Part shown: positions 49,040-62,838 of the stretch, in pieces
Position numbering within the stretch: the stretch's first letter is position 1
Layout of the letters: every line of letters begins with the position of its first letter
The notes under the pieces: generated by a model
What the model saw: the letters and a program-made list of their open reading frames with translations, nothing else
Told to the model about the DNA's origin: nothing
The model's database searches: none
Assembly: GCF_036321535.1 (NCBI RefSeq)
Contig: NC_087436.1
Coordinates: 20,772,001-20,836,000, forward strand
Length of the DNA stretch: 64,000 bases
Direction of reading: 5' to 3'
DNA from: Camelus dromedarius
Taxonomy: Eukaryota
Program-made: the position numbers and the translations under genes

Positions 49040-49780
49040 AAACCCCAATACCTCCTCCCCCTCCTCCTCCTCCCCCGCAGAGACCGCTTAACATAATGAG
49101 CTGCGGTTTGTTGATGCGATATGAGTCGCCTGCTAATAGTTGTGTTTAAAATTCCTGTTTCTTATCTCATTTACTGATTGATGGGAACTTGACTTCGCAG
49201 ACCTTCCTCCCCGACCATCCTCCTCCCCAGAAGAGTGAATCATTTGAGGCGGGGAACATTACACAACACGTTCGCTTCCTCGCTAAAATCCTGGTTCGGT
49301 CGCATCACCTCGCCGGATGCGCAGCGCCCCCCCGCCCCGCGCCCGGCCCCGGGGTAGCGTCTGCATCGTGTCTTATCAGAACCACCTGAAGAGCCCGGCC
49401 ACACAGGGCGGCCTTCCTTAATTTAAAATCCACCGGGGGGGAGAAAAATTTGTCAGCAAACTCCAGCCTATGACAAAAGGCATGCCCGGGTCTTTATTTT
49501 TGTACTACTTTCCTTCTTGAGTCAGGCTCCCTGGTTGGAACAAAATAAATAAACAAATAAACAAGAAGTCTCGGCGTTACTCTCCCAGAGATCCAAATTA
49601 AAAAAAAAAAAAATCCAATGATTTCCTACGGCCCCGTCTGTTTTGCAGTGTTTTTTCTTGTTTTTCTTTTTCGGTGCTTTTTTTTTTTCCTCCCCCTGTA
49701 GATTCTGAAAAGAAATAAGCGGCTGTAGGCATCGCCTGTGGCTCTCTGGTCGTGCTCCTTGGGTGGTCTGAGCCGACTTT
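49040..49780. promoter_or_regulatory. Small CpG island / candidate enhancer or promoter
   Basis: CpG-dense core at about 49270-49420, GC box (cccgcccc 49331-49338), GATA sites (49161-49167, 49372-49378), ETS core (49152-49157), AP-1 site TGAGTCA (49518-49524); no repeats. Confidence 0.6.
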
Positions 49781-51449
49781 ATGATTTATTCAGCTAATGG
49801 GAAGGGAGCATGACCCCCATGGCCACAGAAAGAGAGCTGCATGTGGGTTTAATGCTTTCACCACAAAAATGTCTGCTATGACTAAGTTCTGCGGCTGAAG
49901 TCACTGTCTGAATGGTGCTAAAAAGGAACTTAGGCATTAAGTGTGCACTATTTACTATAGATCGGCTCTTGGGATTAGGCCAAGGGGTTCGTACTCAGTT
50001 TCAAAGAATAGCATGGGAGTTGCTAGGAAAATGAGAGCTGTGCAATTTATTTTTGCCAGTCTCCCTGGTGAGTTACCCGGTGAAGGATTTACCTCATATG
50101 CTTTTTTTTTCCCCCTTCCCTCTGTTACTAAAGACTCATTTAAAACGTGCCAGTGTGTGCATTTTGTAGAGTTATTGTGGAGGTATCCTTTTTTTTTTAT
50201 CCCCCTGCTGTTGATTGCCGCCGTGAATCGCTGTGTGACTGTTCTTTAATGCTAATCTGAAACTATAAAAGAATGCCTGATAGTGAAAGAAAGAAAAAGG
50301 GAAAGAGAGGGAGAGAGCCGGCCATGGAGTGAAAGTTCCCTTTGCCACACGCTGCCGGCTGGAGAGGACCCTTTGATGCAGTGAGGGTCCCCCTACCCTG
50401 CGGCAGCAGCGTTCTGGGCGCAGAGGAATGAACGCATTTTGCTCCACCTCGATTCCTTGGCAGTGAGGGAAGGGGATGGATGAAGGGGGGAGGAGGGAGA
50501 CAGGAGACCTGTTTGTAATTTTGACTAAGATGGATGGTCTTTACAGTCGGCGTAATACCTGCTGTGGCTGTTGCAGCACGTTGGCCTCTGCTGGACTCAC
50601 AAATGTGCACAACTGAGAAGTGGATCCCTCTGATGTCTGTGGCTCGGGTGCCTGGCTCCAAAACGCAGCGAGCCCTTTGAAAATGTGCCTCAATAGTAAT
50701 TTGTACCCCAAGGACCACAGAACACCCTGGGCTAGTCCAAGTCACTGGCTTTCAAACATCGCACGTGTCAGAGTCCCTGGTGACTGCAGCTTAAAACAAT
50801 TGAGAAAGAGTAGACTTAGCTCTATGCCAGCCGGATTTCATTACTACAGGAATATGGACCCCCACCACCACCTCCCACCTCCCAGTTGTGCTCTGGGACT
50901 CCATTTTCAGTTCCTGCTCCAGATTTTTCCCTGTAAAAGCATTTGTCTTGTATCCCTGCAAATCAGTGTCACTTTGTGTAATAAGGGTTAGCAATTGAGA
51001 CTTCGGGGCTGAACTCATTTCCCATTAAGCAAGCCTTAGAGGTAGTCTTAGTCTGTGTTCTGCAGGCCTTTGTAACCCTAAACACATCATTCAGGGAGGC
51101 AGGCCTTCATTTTCCCCATCTGTGAAATGGGCTGCATTAGACTGGTTGGCTATTGGGCCGCTAGAGATTAACAAGTTTATCAAAAGAGCATACTTGGCCT
51201 TTCATTTTTCCTAGGCCTGAGAAGACAGGCAGTGTCAGGAAAACCACTTCCCTAAGTCATTCTGCCTTCCCTGCAGGTAGATTAAAAAATAAGAAAATCA
51301 CAGAATCTCATCGTTTCACTTTGGCTTGTTCCCTGTCTCCTTCTCTCCTGTCTTCTCTCTAAAACCTCCTTTTACAGTTTCAAACGGGGAGAACTCCTTC
51401 CCTCAAAAGGTGAGAATGTAACGGTAAGATACCTATTGAGAATAAATAC

Positions 51450-51725
51450 CTCATTTAAAGCTAAACTAAACCTAAATCCTGGATTAGATCCTAGAACAGA
51501 AAGAGGACATTAGGGGAAAAACTGGTGATATCTCACTAGTCTGTCACAGAATTAGTAGTATTGCACCAATATTCATTTCTTTGTTGGGGTGCACATCATG
51601 GTTACATAAGGTGTTCATATTAGGGGAAGCTGGGTATAGGGTCTGTGAGAACTCTGTACTATCCCTGTATCTCCTCTATAAATCTCAGGTTACCTCAAAA
51701 TAAAAAGTGTTAAAAACAACAACAA
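51450..51725 (+). mobile_element. Old L1 3' end (L1MC/ME-like)
   Basis: atcctggattagatcctagaacagaaagaggacattaggggaaaaactggtga...ggggaagctgggt...gaactctgtactatc...aaaataaaaagt. Confidence 0.8.
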
Positions 51726-52699
51726 CAAATAATTCTTGTCCAAAGACTCATTTATTTTCAGCCCCGACTGATAACCCCAATCTCTTCCCCACATCCACTG
51801 GATCCCCCACCCGGTATATTTTCTATAGCTGTATAGAAAGTTCATTTGCATAATACTCAGTTTAAAGGCCCACTAATGCAGCCCAACTCTTAACATATTA
51901 TTCTTGCCAAACTGTTATTAGTTGCCTGCACACGTTAGATACCGTACTACGCAATTTGTGCTCGTTCTCTGTCCTCTAAGGACACTGTGCTCTGTGAGGG
52001 AAAAAGAAAGCCAGGTATAAATAAAAGCCCCAGAATAAAAATGGTGATGCTATTCAATGTATTAAATGCAATGTTGAATTTGCAGTTCAGGACAGTTGTT
52101 TTTCCTGCGTTCATGAATGAACTCTGATGAGGCCACTTTGCCAGATGTCACACCTCCAGTAACTCAGCTGCACCACCAGGCATATCCGCGCTCGGCAAGT
52201 TATCTTCAGGCCGAAGGAAACTGCACACATCGCACCTGAGCAAAAGAGCCACAGCTGTCACATCAAGGACAACGTTTTTAATGACAGAGGTTTCCTGAGC
52301 ACTGAGTATGGTATCGTTTTTCTTCCTCTGTGTCCTTCCGGCCCAGATCAAAAGGGCAGGATGCGTCGTGAATGGAGGTGAGATACCACCTGAAATATAA
52401 CTGCCTTTCAGGCCTTGTCCAAGCCCACGGTTGTTTTTGGCATCGCACGTTCATCCTTGGGTCCAGAGCGGCGAGTGAGAGGGAGGGAAATGTGAGAAGA
52501 ATTGCAAGGGAGTGGGAGAATGAACACCAAAGGAATCTTGCTACGATGTGGGTTTCCCACCCTAACCAAGGGAAGCGCGCTGGGCAGATGGATCTGTCTC
52601 GGTCTGCCTGTTTCTGGCACACAGGTGTTTCAGCTTTATTCAGCCAGGAAGCAGCTCTCCCCCACCCCAACCCCACCGCCACTCTTTTTTTTTTTTTTT

Positions 52700-53370
52700 T
52701 CAGGGGAGGGTGTTTTGGGGAGGTGGGAACACCCACGATTGTTTCTCAGAATAAGAAGGCGGCAGGGGTTGGGGGAGGGAGCACAGCCCACCCACCGCTT
52801 ATAGATTTGCCCGCTTTCCTGCGGGTCAGCCTTATTCTGCAAGGTGTAAATCAGAGGGCAGATGCCTGATCTGGGACGTTTTCCAGATGCACGTCGCACA
52901 AAGGCCCATGTGTTCTCATTGTGCGGAAGTAACATGCCATCGGAGCAGATCTGGGACACCAGACCCGTGTTGGGACGTGTCATCCTGTCCGCAGGTCTCA
53001 TGCTTAGCAGAGAATGATGTTGCAGACACCGAGTGGGAGCTCGGAAGCCCAGGGAGTGGATGGTTAAGAAAAGCCGCCTTGTCCCTGCCCCCCGCCCCCC
53101 TCCACTCCGCCACCCCAGGAGGCTGCAGACAGACCTGATGGGCTGCTTGGCGAAGTTCAGTGCCAGACAGCGCCTGCCAGATGTGCTGGGGAGGGCGGGG
53201 CCCATGAAAGTCAAGGAGGAGCAGCTCCAAACAGGCCGGCACTGCCCCGGGAGCCTCTGGAGTCCCGCTCCCCCACCGCTCACTTGGCAGCAGCACCAAA
53301 TGGACAGAAAGTGTGGCGTTCTCGTTCCTTCTATCTGTAATTGGCCCGGACTCTGTGGGACCCCCGCAGT
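52700..53370. promoter_or_regulatory. CpG/GC-enriched unique segment, candidate regulatory element
   Basis: Elevated CpG, GC boxes (ccccgccccc near 53089, gggcgggg near 53193) and C-run tracts. Confidence 0.4.
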
Positions 53371-55089
53371 GAAACTGCTTGGGCATCTGTAGAGTTTTCA
53401 CTCCCTCTCCCATTTTTTTGAAGTGAATTTTCTGGGCAGAATCTGAGAGTAAATTGTTTTCTTGAAAGTAAATCATATGCTAGGAGGTTGCATTAACTTC
53501 CAGATCATTTGGGTGACATTTGCTTACTTCCTGCCCCAGTCTGGAATTAATATTGCATCCAGAAAGCTCTTAAGGGAGGCCTTAGTCATAGGGAACATAC
53601 ATTTCCAGTTGTGTTAACATCTCTCATTTTCCTTTTTACAGGATTCTTTTCCTCCTTTCGTTCGGAGTGATGCCTGTGTCTTGTCAATGTGTATCTCACC
53701 TCCACCTGACTTCCTATGATCCAACTCTCTTTTCTCTTGGCAGTTGCTCTTCTAGAGCTGGTTTAAGTGCCTTACTCTTACTTATCCTCACTACGTGGCG
53801 TTAACATGCTTTCGGTGACTGCTGGGAATGCGAAAACTTACATTTCTGCTCAGTTGTAATAACTAGGCTGGTATCGGGTACAACAGTTTCTTCCTTTAAT
53901 CACACCACCTTTTTCCCTTGTGTTCTTCTTGAGTTAATGATTCCATTTCTTAGGCCTGTGTAACAAGCCACCTCGAGTCCTTCTAGGAAGTTGTTAGCAT
54001 ATAAAATACAATTAATTAGTGAAATGGGGACTGCTGGGGTAAAGACCAATGGGGCAGGAAATAGGTGGGATTCTTCAGAGGATATTGCCCTCAGCCCCAA
54101 AAGACTCCAGAAATAACCAATAATAGGATTGTGAATTATGGAAATTCCAGTCTCTCCGGAATCCACTTGAGGTCATAATTCAACTGGAAATTATCTTGGT
54201 TTTGCTGGCTTATTTTCCCACCCTGTTTGCAATCCTGTTTTCTAGTTTCCCTCAAAACCACTAAATAAATTCCAGACATATTACTCTATTAAGAAAAATA
54301 AATTTCTTATCCACCTGTTAATTGGACTCAAATGCTTGGGAGGTTGAGACCAAAAGAAAGATCCCCTAGCTCACCCTGCTCCTCAGCCCAGCATTAAAGG
54401 GTAGAGGAGTCATGGATTAAACAGAAACTGCTTTTTTGGACTGTAAGAAATTTTAACCTAGTAATGTTGAAGATTTTTTTTTATCCTTTTCTACAGAGAA
54501 AAACCTTTCTTTTTTTTTTTTTCCTAAGCAAAATGAACTGTACCACCTGGCACCAGAATTAGAAACTTGCTTTAAAATTACAGCATTAACAATTGTGTTT
54601 TTATCTTGACCAAAGTCAAAGATAGCATGATGGGGTGGATACTTTATTCAAAGCCAGAGTCACGTACAAAGTATTAAGTTGGAGAGGTAGGTAGAGGCCA
54701 AAGAGAAAATAGCTTTTCAGTGAGATGGTCTGTACTGATAACCAAAACACCAGAGAGAAGCAACATTTTTAAAAGCCATTTTTAATTTTTGTAATTTATA
54801 GAAAAGTAGAGTCATATTTCAGTCTACAATTTAACAAGGGAATAAGTATAATTTTTGCGCTCACTTAGTAGGCACTAATAGTCTTCAGGTTTAGAGTGTA
54901 CTGATAATTTTTTCATATAAAATTGTTTTCAGGGCCAGCTGCACTCTTATCACCACCTGTAACATCATTTCCACCACGAAGAATAGTGAACAGCACATTT
55001 AGGCATTTGTGAACGTAATTTTGCAATATCAGTGATTGGAAAGTGATTCATGAGGTGCCTGGCATGTAGCAATCTCTAATTTTGCTAAA

Positions 55090-55300
55090 AAGCATATTTA
55101 AGAGAGGCTTTGGAGTCAGAGCCCAAGTCAAGTCTTGGCTCTGTTACCAGTGACGAGTGACCTTGAATCAGTTACTGAACCTTTCTGGACCCCATCTTGG
55201 AGTCATAATAACACCTACCTCATATGGTTATCAAGAGGATTGAGTTTAATGAAATGCAAGCTAAAATGCTTGGTGCAATGCGTGGTGTTTGGTGAGCAGT
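55090..55300 (+). mobile_element. MIR SINE
   Basis: ggctttggagtcagagccc...tcttggctctgttacc...gtgaccttgaatcagttactgaacc...aataacacctacctcatatggtt. Confidence 0.85.
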
Positions 55301-57318
55301 CAAAAGAAGAAAGAAAGAACTCACAGTGAATGAATTGCAAAATCTGTGAGGTTCATGTCACTTTTAGGTCATTAAGTTTGTGAGGGAGCAGTTATCATGG
55401 ATTGTGTAATGCAAATATAGGTTTATAATTGTATTGTTTTCTGTTCCACCTATAGATTAACTTTCATTAGTTAATAAGAGCTTATTTTCTATTAAAAAAA
55501 ACCAACGAGCTAGAAGAGAAAACTAAGAGCTTGTCCCATAGATAGATGGATGTTGAGAAAACGTGGAAAAGCTTAGGAAGTGATGGTTCTCAGCCAGCCA
55601 GTGGAAGTGTGAGATGCTCACGGCAGAATGTCAATTTGCTTGTGAGTTGGAGCCATGATGCAAATAGATCCACCTCATGCCTCATTTTAGAATAAAAAGT
55701 AATTTGTAAAATTATTTTGTTAACTGCTCCAACCAAGGCAAGAGCTGTCAGGGTGAGATAAAACTGTAGTGACGGTGAAAAGAATAATTCATTTGTGGTC
55801 TGAGACACAAGAAATATGTAACTTTCAGCAGGAATACAGTCTAGGCGTATGTATGGAGCTTGGGCAATGTTGTAAATGCACAAATTTGGGAATTTTGACC
55901 ACCTTCATTGGATCTAGTGTGAAAGCCATCAGAGGGCTGGGTGGGTACAAATCTGCTATAATTTCAAGCACTTGTATCGGCAGCTACTTATCACACTGCT
56001 GGATGCCAAAGAACTGGATATATGTTAAAAGAGTAAGGACAACTTCTGAAGGGTGAATAGTCAACAGAGCGGTTTTTACTTTGCATTACAGCCTGTCGCT
56101 ACTCTATCCATTCTTAATAACACCTTGTGGCCCTTTCCCAACCCAGTCCTTATCTCTATCCGTACGGACATAAAGATGGTGATGAAAGATGCAGCAGAAA
56201 GAATAACACGGGTAACAAAGGGAACAGCAGAAATCACAGAGTGGTGGGGTTGGAAGGAGCCTGAGAAATGATTCATCTGACCTCCTGGTTTTGCATATCT
56301 GAAGGTCTTGCTTCTGAGAGGTAAAGTGACTTCTGAAGCCACAAATTTAATGTGATATCTAACATTCGAACTCAGGAACCTTGATTCTTTTTTTCCACGC
56401 AGTCTCTTCTCTTTAACTTAGTACCCAAATGGTCCCAGTTACACCTCTGCTGGACCTGTCACCCTTGTCTTGTTCTGACCTGCTTATATTTTTCCATTGC
56501 ATAGCTAGAACATGACTGAAAAAGGCGAGTGAGAAATTGGACAATTTATTTAACTTCGCACATCAATCAAATTAGTGAGTAAGCGGCCAACTTGAATGCT
56601 TTCTTATCCTTAGTTTCTTGAGGAAAATAATGTTTGTTTTGAATATGTGATTGTTCCGGACTGGATAATTTTTATGTATATGTTTGAATTCTGTGCCACT
56701 TTGTATGTTTTGGGTAATCAGGATATCAATTTAAATGTGAGCATTTATTTAGTATATAATGACTAGTGCCAGAAAATTGAGGGCAGTAAAATTATATACA
56801 CGGTAGTTTTCCATTCTTTGAAGAGCGCATTAGCGTTCTTGCATAGCTATGCTTCAAGTCATCTGGCAGTCCTTAGGACTAAATTGCTAAAATAGTGTGC
56901 TCATTTCTGAAAGACTGATGATGTGAAGTGATTTACAGTTAGGTCCTCCTTTGTTGTCTTACAAGCTTTCTGGTGTAATACTGTCATCGGTCATGGCTGG
57001 AAGGTTTATTATTTCTTTGGGCTCCTCCTCTCACCATTAACCAATATTTGTCACCGTTCCACGTGACAGGTCTCTCTCAGACATGACTTTCCAACTTCTG
57101 CATCTTTTTACCGTGAATCTTTTCTTTATTATCTTGTTAAGCTTTCCCAAGGGAAGTTTTCTGGGTCACGGATGAAGATTTCAATTCTTCTGTTTTTTCT
57201 TTCCTTTTTTTCATGATTGATGTCTCGTGTCATGTTGACACCATGACATCAACAGGCAGCAACTTTTATTTTAAAAACGGTATATTTGCTGTAGGAGTCC
57301 CTCAGAAGAGATCTGCAG

Positions 57319-57319
57319 C

Positions 57320-57375
<56 letters not shown>

Positions 57376-57377
57376 TC
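57319..57377. repeat. (CTTT)n tetranucleotide microsatellite
   Basis: Pure array of roughly 14 units. Confidence 0.97.
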
Positions 57378-57444
57378 AAGGAAACTTTTCCTTCTTTTCT
57401 AATCTGAATCGCTGTCTGAGAGACTGAAAAGTGTATTATTACTA

Positions 57445-57680
57445 ACAAAATACATGAGGATTTATTGTTTCCTGTGTGCTAGCCACTTTGCTCAACGGTC
57501 TAATTTAATCCTTACAACAACCTAAAAGATAGATGCTCTGTTAGTCCTTTTAGAGATGAAAACCACCCAGGCTCTGGCAAGTCACAGTGCTCAAGGTCCT
57601 CCAACATTAGTAAGTGGCAGAACAGGGCCAGAAGCCAAGGTTATCTGACCCCATCATTAGGGCTCTGAACCACCATAACA
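57445..57680 (-). mobile_element. MIR SINE
   Basis: tgtgctagccactttgct...taatttaatccttacaacaacc...tagagatgaaaa...tcaaggtc...tagtaagtggcagaacaggg. Confidence 0.8.
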
Positions 57681-60600
57681 CGTGCTTTCCCACTGGCTCA
57701 CCTTATCTCTGTTGGGGGTTTCACACTTAAATTGTGACTTGGGTGGTTTCTTTAGGGCAAGTGTTATTGATGACAGTTGTGTCTGACAGTGGCTTATCTT
57801 TGCAAACAATACAAACCGAACCTGAACTTCAGAAGTTTTTTAAAAATGCTACATTTCGAGTAGTGTATGACTAATTCAATACATATTTTTGAACAAATTG
57901 TATGAATGGATAAATAATCTATGCAGTTCCTTTCTCTTTGGTAAAAAGTACATAAACCTCCCGTGTTAGATCGCTTTGTCCTCATATACACACTGCAAGC
58001 TCAGTTCTAAAGAGCGGTCACCTTTTAAAGCAAATAACTCCAAGTAATGAATCCCAGCATTTTCCTTGCCATTTCATGGCATCTGTTGTTAAGAACCCCT
58101 CATCCTGAAGGTTTCCATTCTACTAAATTTTAGTTGTTAAGTGATGAGGCATTAATTTTATCTGTTTAAGGAGCTGGACAACTGTGAGTCAGAAGCAATG
58201 CTTTGTGTGATTGAGAGCTACCAAGTGCAGAGCTGAGTGCCTTGCAGAGCCTAGAAACGTTTTAACTAAGTAAATAAACAGAACATTTAATGATTGCGCT
58301 ACAATGTTATTTCGATTTTTTTCCCTGAATCTGTGTGGAGGGAAGGGTCTCACTGGAGGACAGCGTCCCTTCATGCCTCAGTTTCCTGGAGAGGCACGCC
58401 CCGTGAGGGCTGAGACCCCTGCAGACCCGGCTGTGCGTGATAAACTAAGTTCAATAACTCTTGTGTCTTCAACTGACACAAAATGATAAAACTTCAGTTT
58501 GCCCTTCTAAGGCTATGAGCTGGCTTGGCACTAGCCCACACGTGAGCAATGGGGCTGTGCTTTGTGCGAATAGAAAACCAGCATTAAATCACCACCTGTA
58601 TGACGCTTTGTAACCTAGAACTTGGAGGATCTGGGACCAGAACTTTCCCTTTTTCCTTGACATGGTTCCTTTTATGAAAAGCATGGAGAACGAGGCTGGG
58701 TGATGCGTCTGAATGCATTATTTTACCACTACTTCGTTCCTCCTTACTTCTTTCACTAGAAACAAGGACACTTTTTTTTTTAAACTAGGACCCAGATTCT
58801 CCCTTCTCTTCCTTGTAGTGGAGCAAGAAACACATAGAGATTCACCTTATGAAAGCGGGTGTGAGAAGAGATGGGACTGGAGATGCCTGTCTCTCCTAAG
58901 TCCGTAGAGAGCTGTTCCTTATAAATAGAGCAGTTGCTGTTATGAAGTACAAAACCACGCTGTTCTTTCTTTAGATCTGAATAAAGCTTGTTACGCTTTC
59001 AGAGTAAGTGTGAAAAAGGCAAGAGAAAAAAAGAGCATTGAGCACGTGAATCCCTTTCTTGTGACCTGGGTTTCCTGATACATCAAATGTGGGGATTGGG
59101 TGAGTTACCCCTGGGTCTCCTCCAGTTCTGACTCTACAACTCCATGAAAGAGGCCGGGCACCTGCTTTCAATTTAATCTCTAACATGAGTTTCCTTCTTC
59201 TTTAAACCTGCCTTTCTAGTAAGCTGCCACATTTATTACCAGGCTTGTAGTCATTTCCTACTATTCTAAAGAGAATATATACCCAGTTTTTCAGCTCTAG
59301 CATTGTTTTCGTACCATAACCTCATCGGGTTGAAACCATTTTGGGAAAACGGCTGCTAAAGCCATCCTGTTTTAGACGTAGTCATGGTTTTGAAGCGACA
59401 GTGGTCAGACTACCTTTGGAATGCTAATCCTGAGACAGTGGTTTCCCAACTTTGATGAGAATTCAAAGTGATGTTTTATACCATTGCAACCTGTTTTAAC
59501 TTATCTGGAGCAAGAAGGAATGCCTTGTGACAGCCCCTTATCCTGGACTTCATTATTTCCGCCTTGGGCTTCCTAACTCTAATTCCCGCTATTCCCATAG
59601 ACGTTTCATTGTGGGACCCAAATGATCTGTTTTTCATTACTCACTTGCTTCTTTTTTGCTTCTTTTCTTTATATTCCATTACCACAGCATTGACTGTCAT
59701 CATTATCTGTCGTCCAGCTTAGTCCATGCTTTCAGCCAGGCACCTAAGAAAGATGAGGACAGGCTTAAAGAAAAAGAAAAAGAACCTCAGTCTTAAAGGC
59801 ATTCTTAGGAAATTCAGAGGGAGGTGCTCTGGCCCCCTCTACCTGGCAGAGATGCTTCTTGGTGGGTCAGGCAAAAGGACAACAGGACCCCTGAGGCACC
59901 CACAACTCTTTGCCCACCTGTTGTGGATGGAATCTGCATCATGATAGTCCCCAGGGGAATTTTCTCTTAATAGGTTCTGAATGAACTGGACTCTCTAATG
60001 GACTGAAATATCAAAAGGAGTCCACAATAAGGCAGTCTTGTCTCTAGGATGTCTTACAGGTTACAGACCCTTTCCCAAGCCCCTTAAACTACCTGATCTA
60101 GCAACTTATCACGCTGCAGAAAGACATGAACGCATCCAAAGAGAATGGTTCTCATCTTAGGCATTTACCCAGACCACCCACCCACTCATCCACTCAACCC
60201 TGACTGCCTCTTCTTTGATGCCTCTTATTGCATTCCAGATCCCCATGTCTGCCCCAGGGCCTCTTCACTGTTTTGGCAACTCTTTAAGGTCCCAGCTCCA
60301 GTGTGATGAGCAGGACCCTTCTTGGGGATTAATATTCAAAATATTGAATGGCACGTAGAAGGCACTGGCCAATCAGGATGCTGGCTGTAAACAACCAGAA
60401 CAACAGTTCAGGACGTCCCCAGTAAATATCACTTCACCCTTTCTCCCGTATCCTGACTCAGGCTTCTCCCTTAGTTCCTGCAGAGAGAGGCCTCCCCTGC
60501 CTGAGCATCATAGGATAGCCACCAACTACCTTATCTCCCCTGCCGATGCCCCCATCTCAACACTTCAACCACGGATGACAGACAAGATGGGTCCTGCACC

Positions 60601-60996
60601 ATGAAATGAAGACAGTGTTATAATAAGATCACTGTTACCGTATTTGTAACTTTACTTCCCTGGGAGGAAAAGGGTCATCTTCTCTCTCCCAGAGGAGAAG
60701 CTGAGCAGATGCTACTGAAGCCCATTCATGTGCCCTCAGGCCTCACTGTTTCCATGCCAACAACCTTGACTGCTGCTGCTAACGATGATCTCTTTGGGGA
60801 TTTCAGAGGATGGAGTCAGCTCTGCCCTGTGCATGTGGCAGAAGGGAAGTGCCAGGGAATTTGTGCCCCTCCTGGAACTTGGCTGAGAGAGGTCCTGGAC
60901 TCAGGTTTGAGGAGAAAAGTCCTTTGATACCAGAAAGGGTTGGGCCATGAGGGACCCTACAGGCAGGAACTTAGAAGGACAAAAGAAACATCTAAG

Positions 60997-61551
60997 AGTT
61001 ACCATATGATCTAGCAATCCTACTCCTGGACATATATCCAGAAAAGACAGAAACTCTACTTTGAAAAGAGACATGCATCCCAATGTTCGTAGCAGCACTA
61101 TTTACAACAGCCAAGTCATGGAAGCAACCTAAGTGCCTATCAACAGATGAACAGATAAAGAAGTTGAGGTGTATATATAAAATGGAATACTACTAACCTC
61201 TAAAAAAGAATAAAATAATGCCATCTGCAGCAACATGGGTGGACATGGAGATTGTCATACAAAGTGAACTAAGTCAGGCAAAGACAAATATTGTATGATT
61301 ATCACTTATTTGTGGAATCTAAAAAAATGACACAAACTTATTTACAAAACAGAAATAGACTCATAGACATAGAAAACAAACTTATAGTTACCAAAGGAAA
61401 AAAGATGGGAAGATGGATAAATTAGGGGTTTGGGGTTAACAGTTATGCACTACTATATATAAAATAGATAAACAACAAGGTCTTGCAGTACAGCACAGGG
61501 AACTATATTTAATATCTCGTAATAGCTTATAATGAAAAAGAGTCTGAAAAA

Positions 61552-61582
<31 letters not shown>

Positions 61583-61673
61583 AACCTGAAACAAACACAT
61601 CATTGTAAATCAACTACACTTCAAGTTTTTAAAATTTAAGAACTTCTTAAAAATTTAAAATTTAAAAAAAAAG
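60997..61673 (+). mobile_element. 5'-truncated LINE-1 with TSD
   Basis: agttaccatatgatctagcaatcc...(ORF2 end)...gtaaatcaactacacttcaa, then an A-rich tail. TSD gaaacatctaag at 60985-60996 and 61674-61685. Confidence 0.95.
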
Positions 61674-62318
61674 GAAACATCTAAGTGCTGGGATTTAAAG
61701 TAAAGTAAACTGAGTGGGGGCAGCACACAGGTCAGGCAAAGCAGATGGGAAGCCAGAGGTGTGCTGGCAACTGGCAAGGAGGTTAGCAGACCCCCACTGG
61801 CTGGGCAGTGACCATGGGCCACACTGTGCCCTCCGTGTGGGGATCTCTGCTGGGTAAGGGCAAACCTGGCCTGCTGGGTTTACGTGCGTGAGCCACAGGA
61901 AACAGGCTGCAGGGAGGGAGACAGTGAGTTTATTTATATGTGCATTCTGCCTGAGGGCACCCACATGCTATCTGGCAGGGAGACAGAAATCTGGGGGACT
62001 TATGACCTAGTTTAGGGATTTCTCAGCCACCCCAGTTTCCACAAGGCAACAGCTAAACTTTTCGTGACAACTGTATTTAATACATACAGTTTCCTTGGCA
62101 TCAGTATAAAATCAAAAAAACCTCAGGACCCCAGAGGCAGAAAACCTAGATCATCATCCAGACTCTGTCACGAATAAGCTGTTTGACCCTTGTTCTCCAC
62201 ATTTATATTTGGGGCTGAAGTTTCCTCATTTATCTTCTCTCCCTCAGAAGATTATAGCTGGGATCAAACAAAAAAAGGTAAAAGTTAGAAAATGGAGTGC
62301 GAAAGTAAAGGGTGATTA

Positions 62319-62838
62319 TGTTATCGAGTCCAAACCTGTTCTGCTCCCACATGACAGGCCAGAAAATCAGGAGACGAGGTGTTGGGGCAAGGAATAATGA
62401 CTTTATTTGGAAAGACAGCAGATGGAGAAGATGGGGATCTAATGTCCTGGAGAACCATCTTCCCCCATGTCAGAATTCAGGCTCCTTTTATACTAAAAAG
62501 AAGAGGGGATGTGGTTGGTTGGTGTAAACTTCTTAGCGTCAGGATCCTTTGTTCTTGCAGCTGTCCATGTAGGTCAGGTCATGGTGTTCCTGTAAACCTC
62601 CAATAAGACAAATGTTATTCTCTGTTCTGCAACTTTTTATCTCTACATGAATGAGGAAGTGTTATACCCTTGAAGGTCAGAGCCTTGAGAATGGGCTCTC
62701 CTGTGTATTTCAGGCTCTAGGCAGCATTCTTTTACAAAAGGTGCAGAACCAGCATGGCTCAGCACAGGAGACAGCGCCCAGGACTAGAGCTAAAGGAACA
62801 GATCTAATATGGAGTCAGATTTGTTCTTCCCTATTACA
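62319..62838 (-). mobile_element. ERV1 solo LTR, MER41-like (cetartiodactyl type)
   Basis: TG...CA termini and a perfect 4-bp TSD atta (62315-62318, 62839-62842). The minus strand begins tgtaatagggaagaacaaatctgactccatattag, with TATAAAA near 62486-62492 and AATAAA near 62402-62407. Confidence 0.88.

Noticed and set aside
53156..53307. REST-like half sites (ttcagtgccagacagcgcc; cagcaccaaatggacag)
   Set aside because: The spacing is non-canonical and there are core mismatches, so the support is too weak.
52148..53476. Cluster of long overlapping ORFs (up to 215 aa)
   Set aside because: GC-rich sequence depletes stop codons. The ORFs occur on both strands, cross T/A homopolymers and show no recognisable domain or exon structure.
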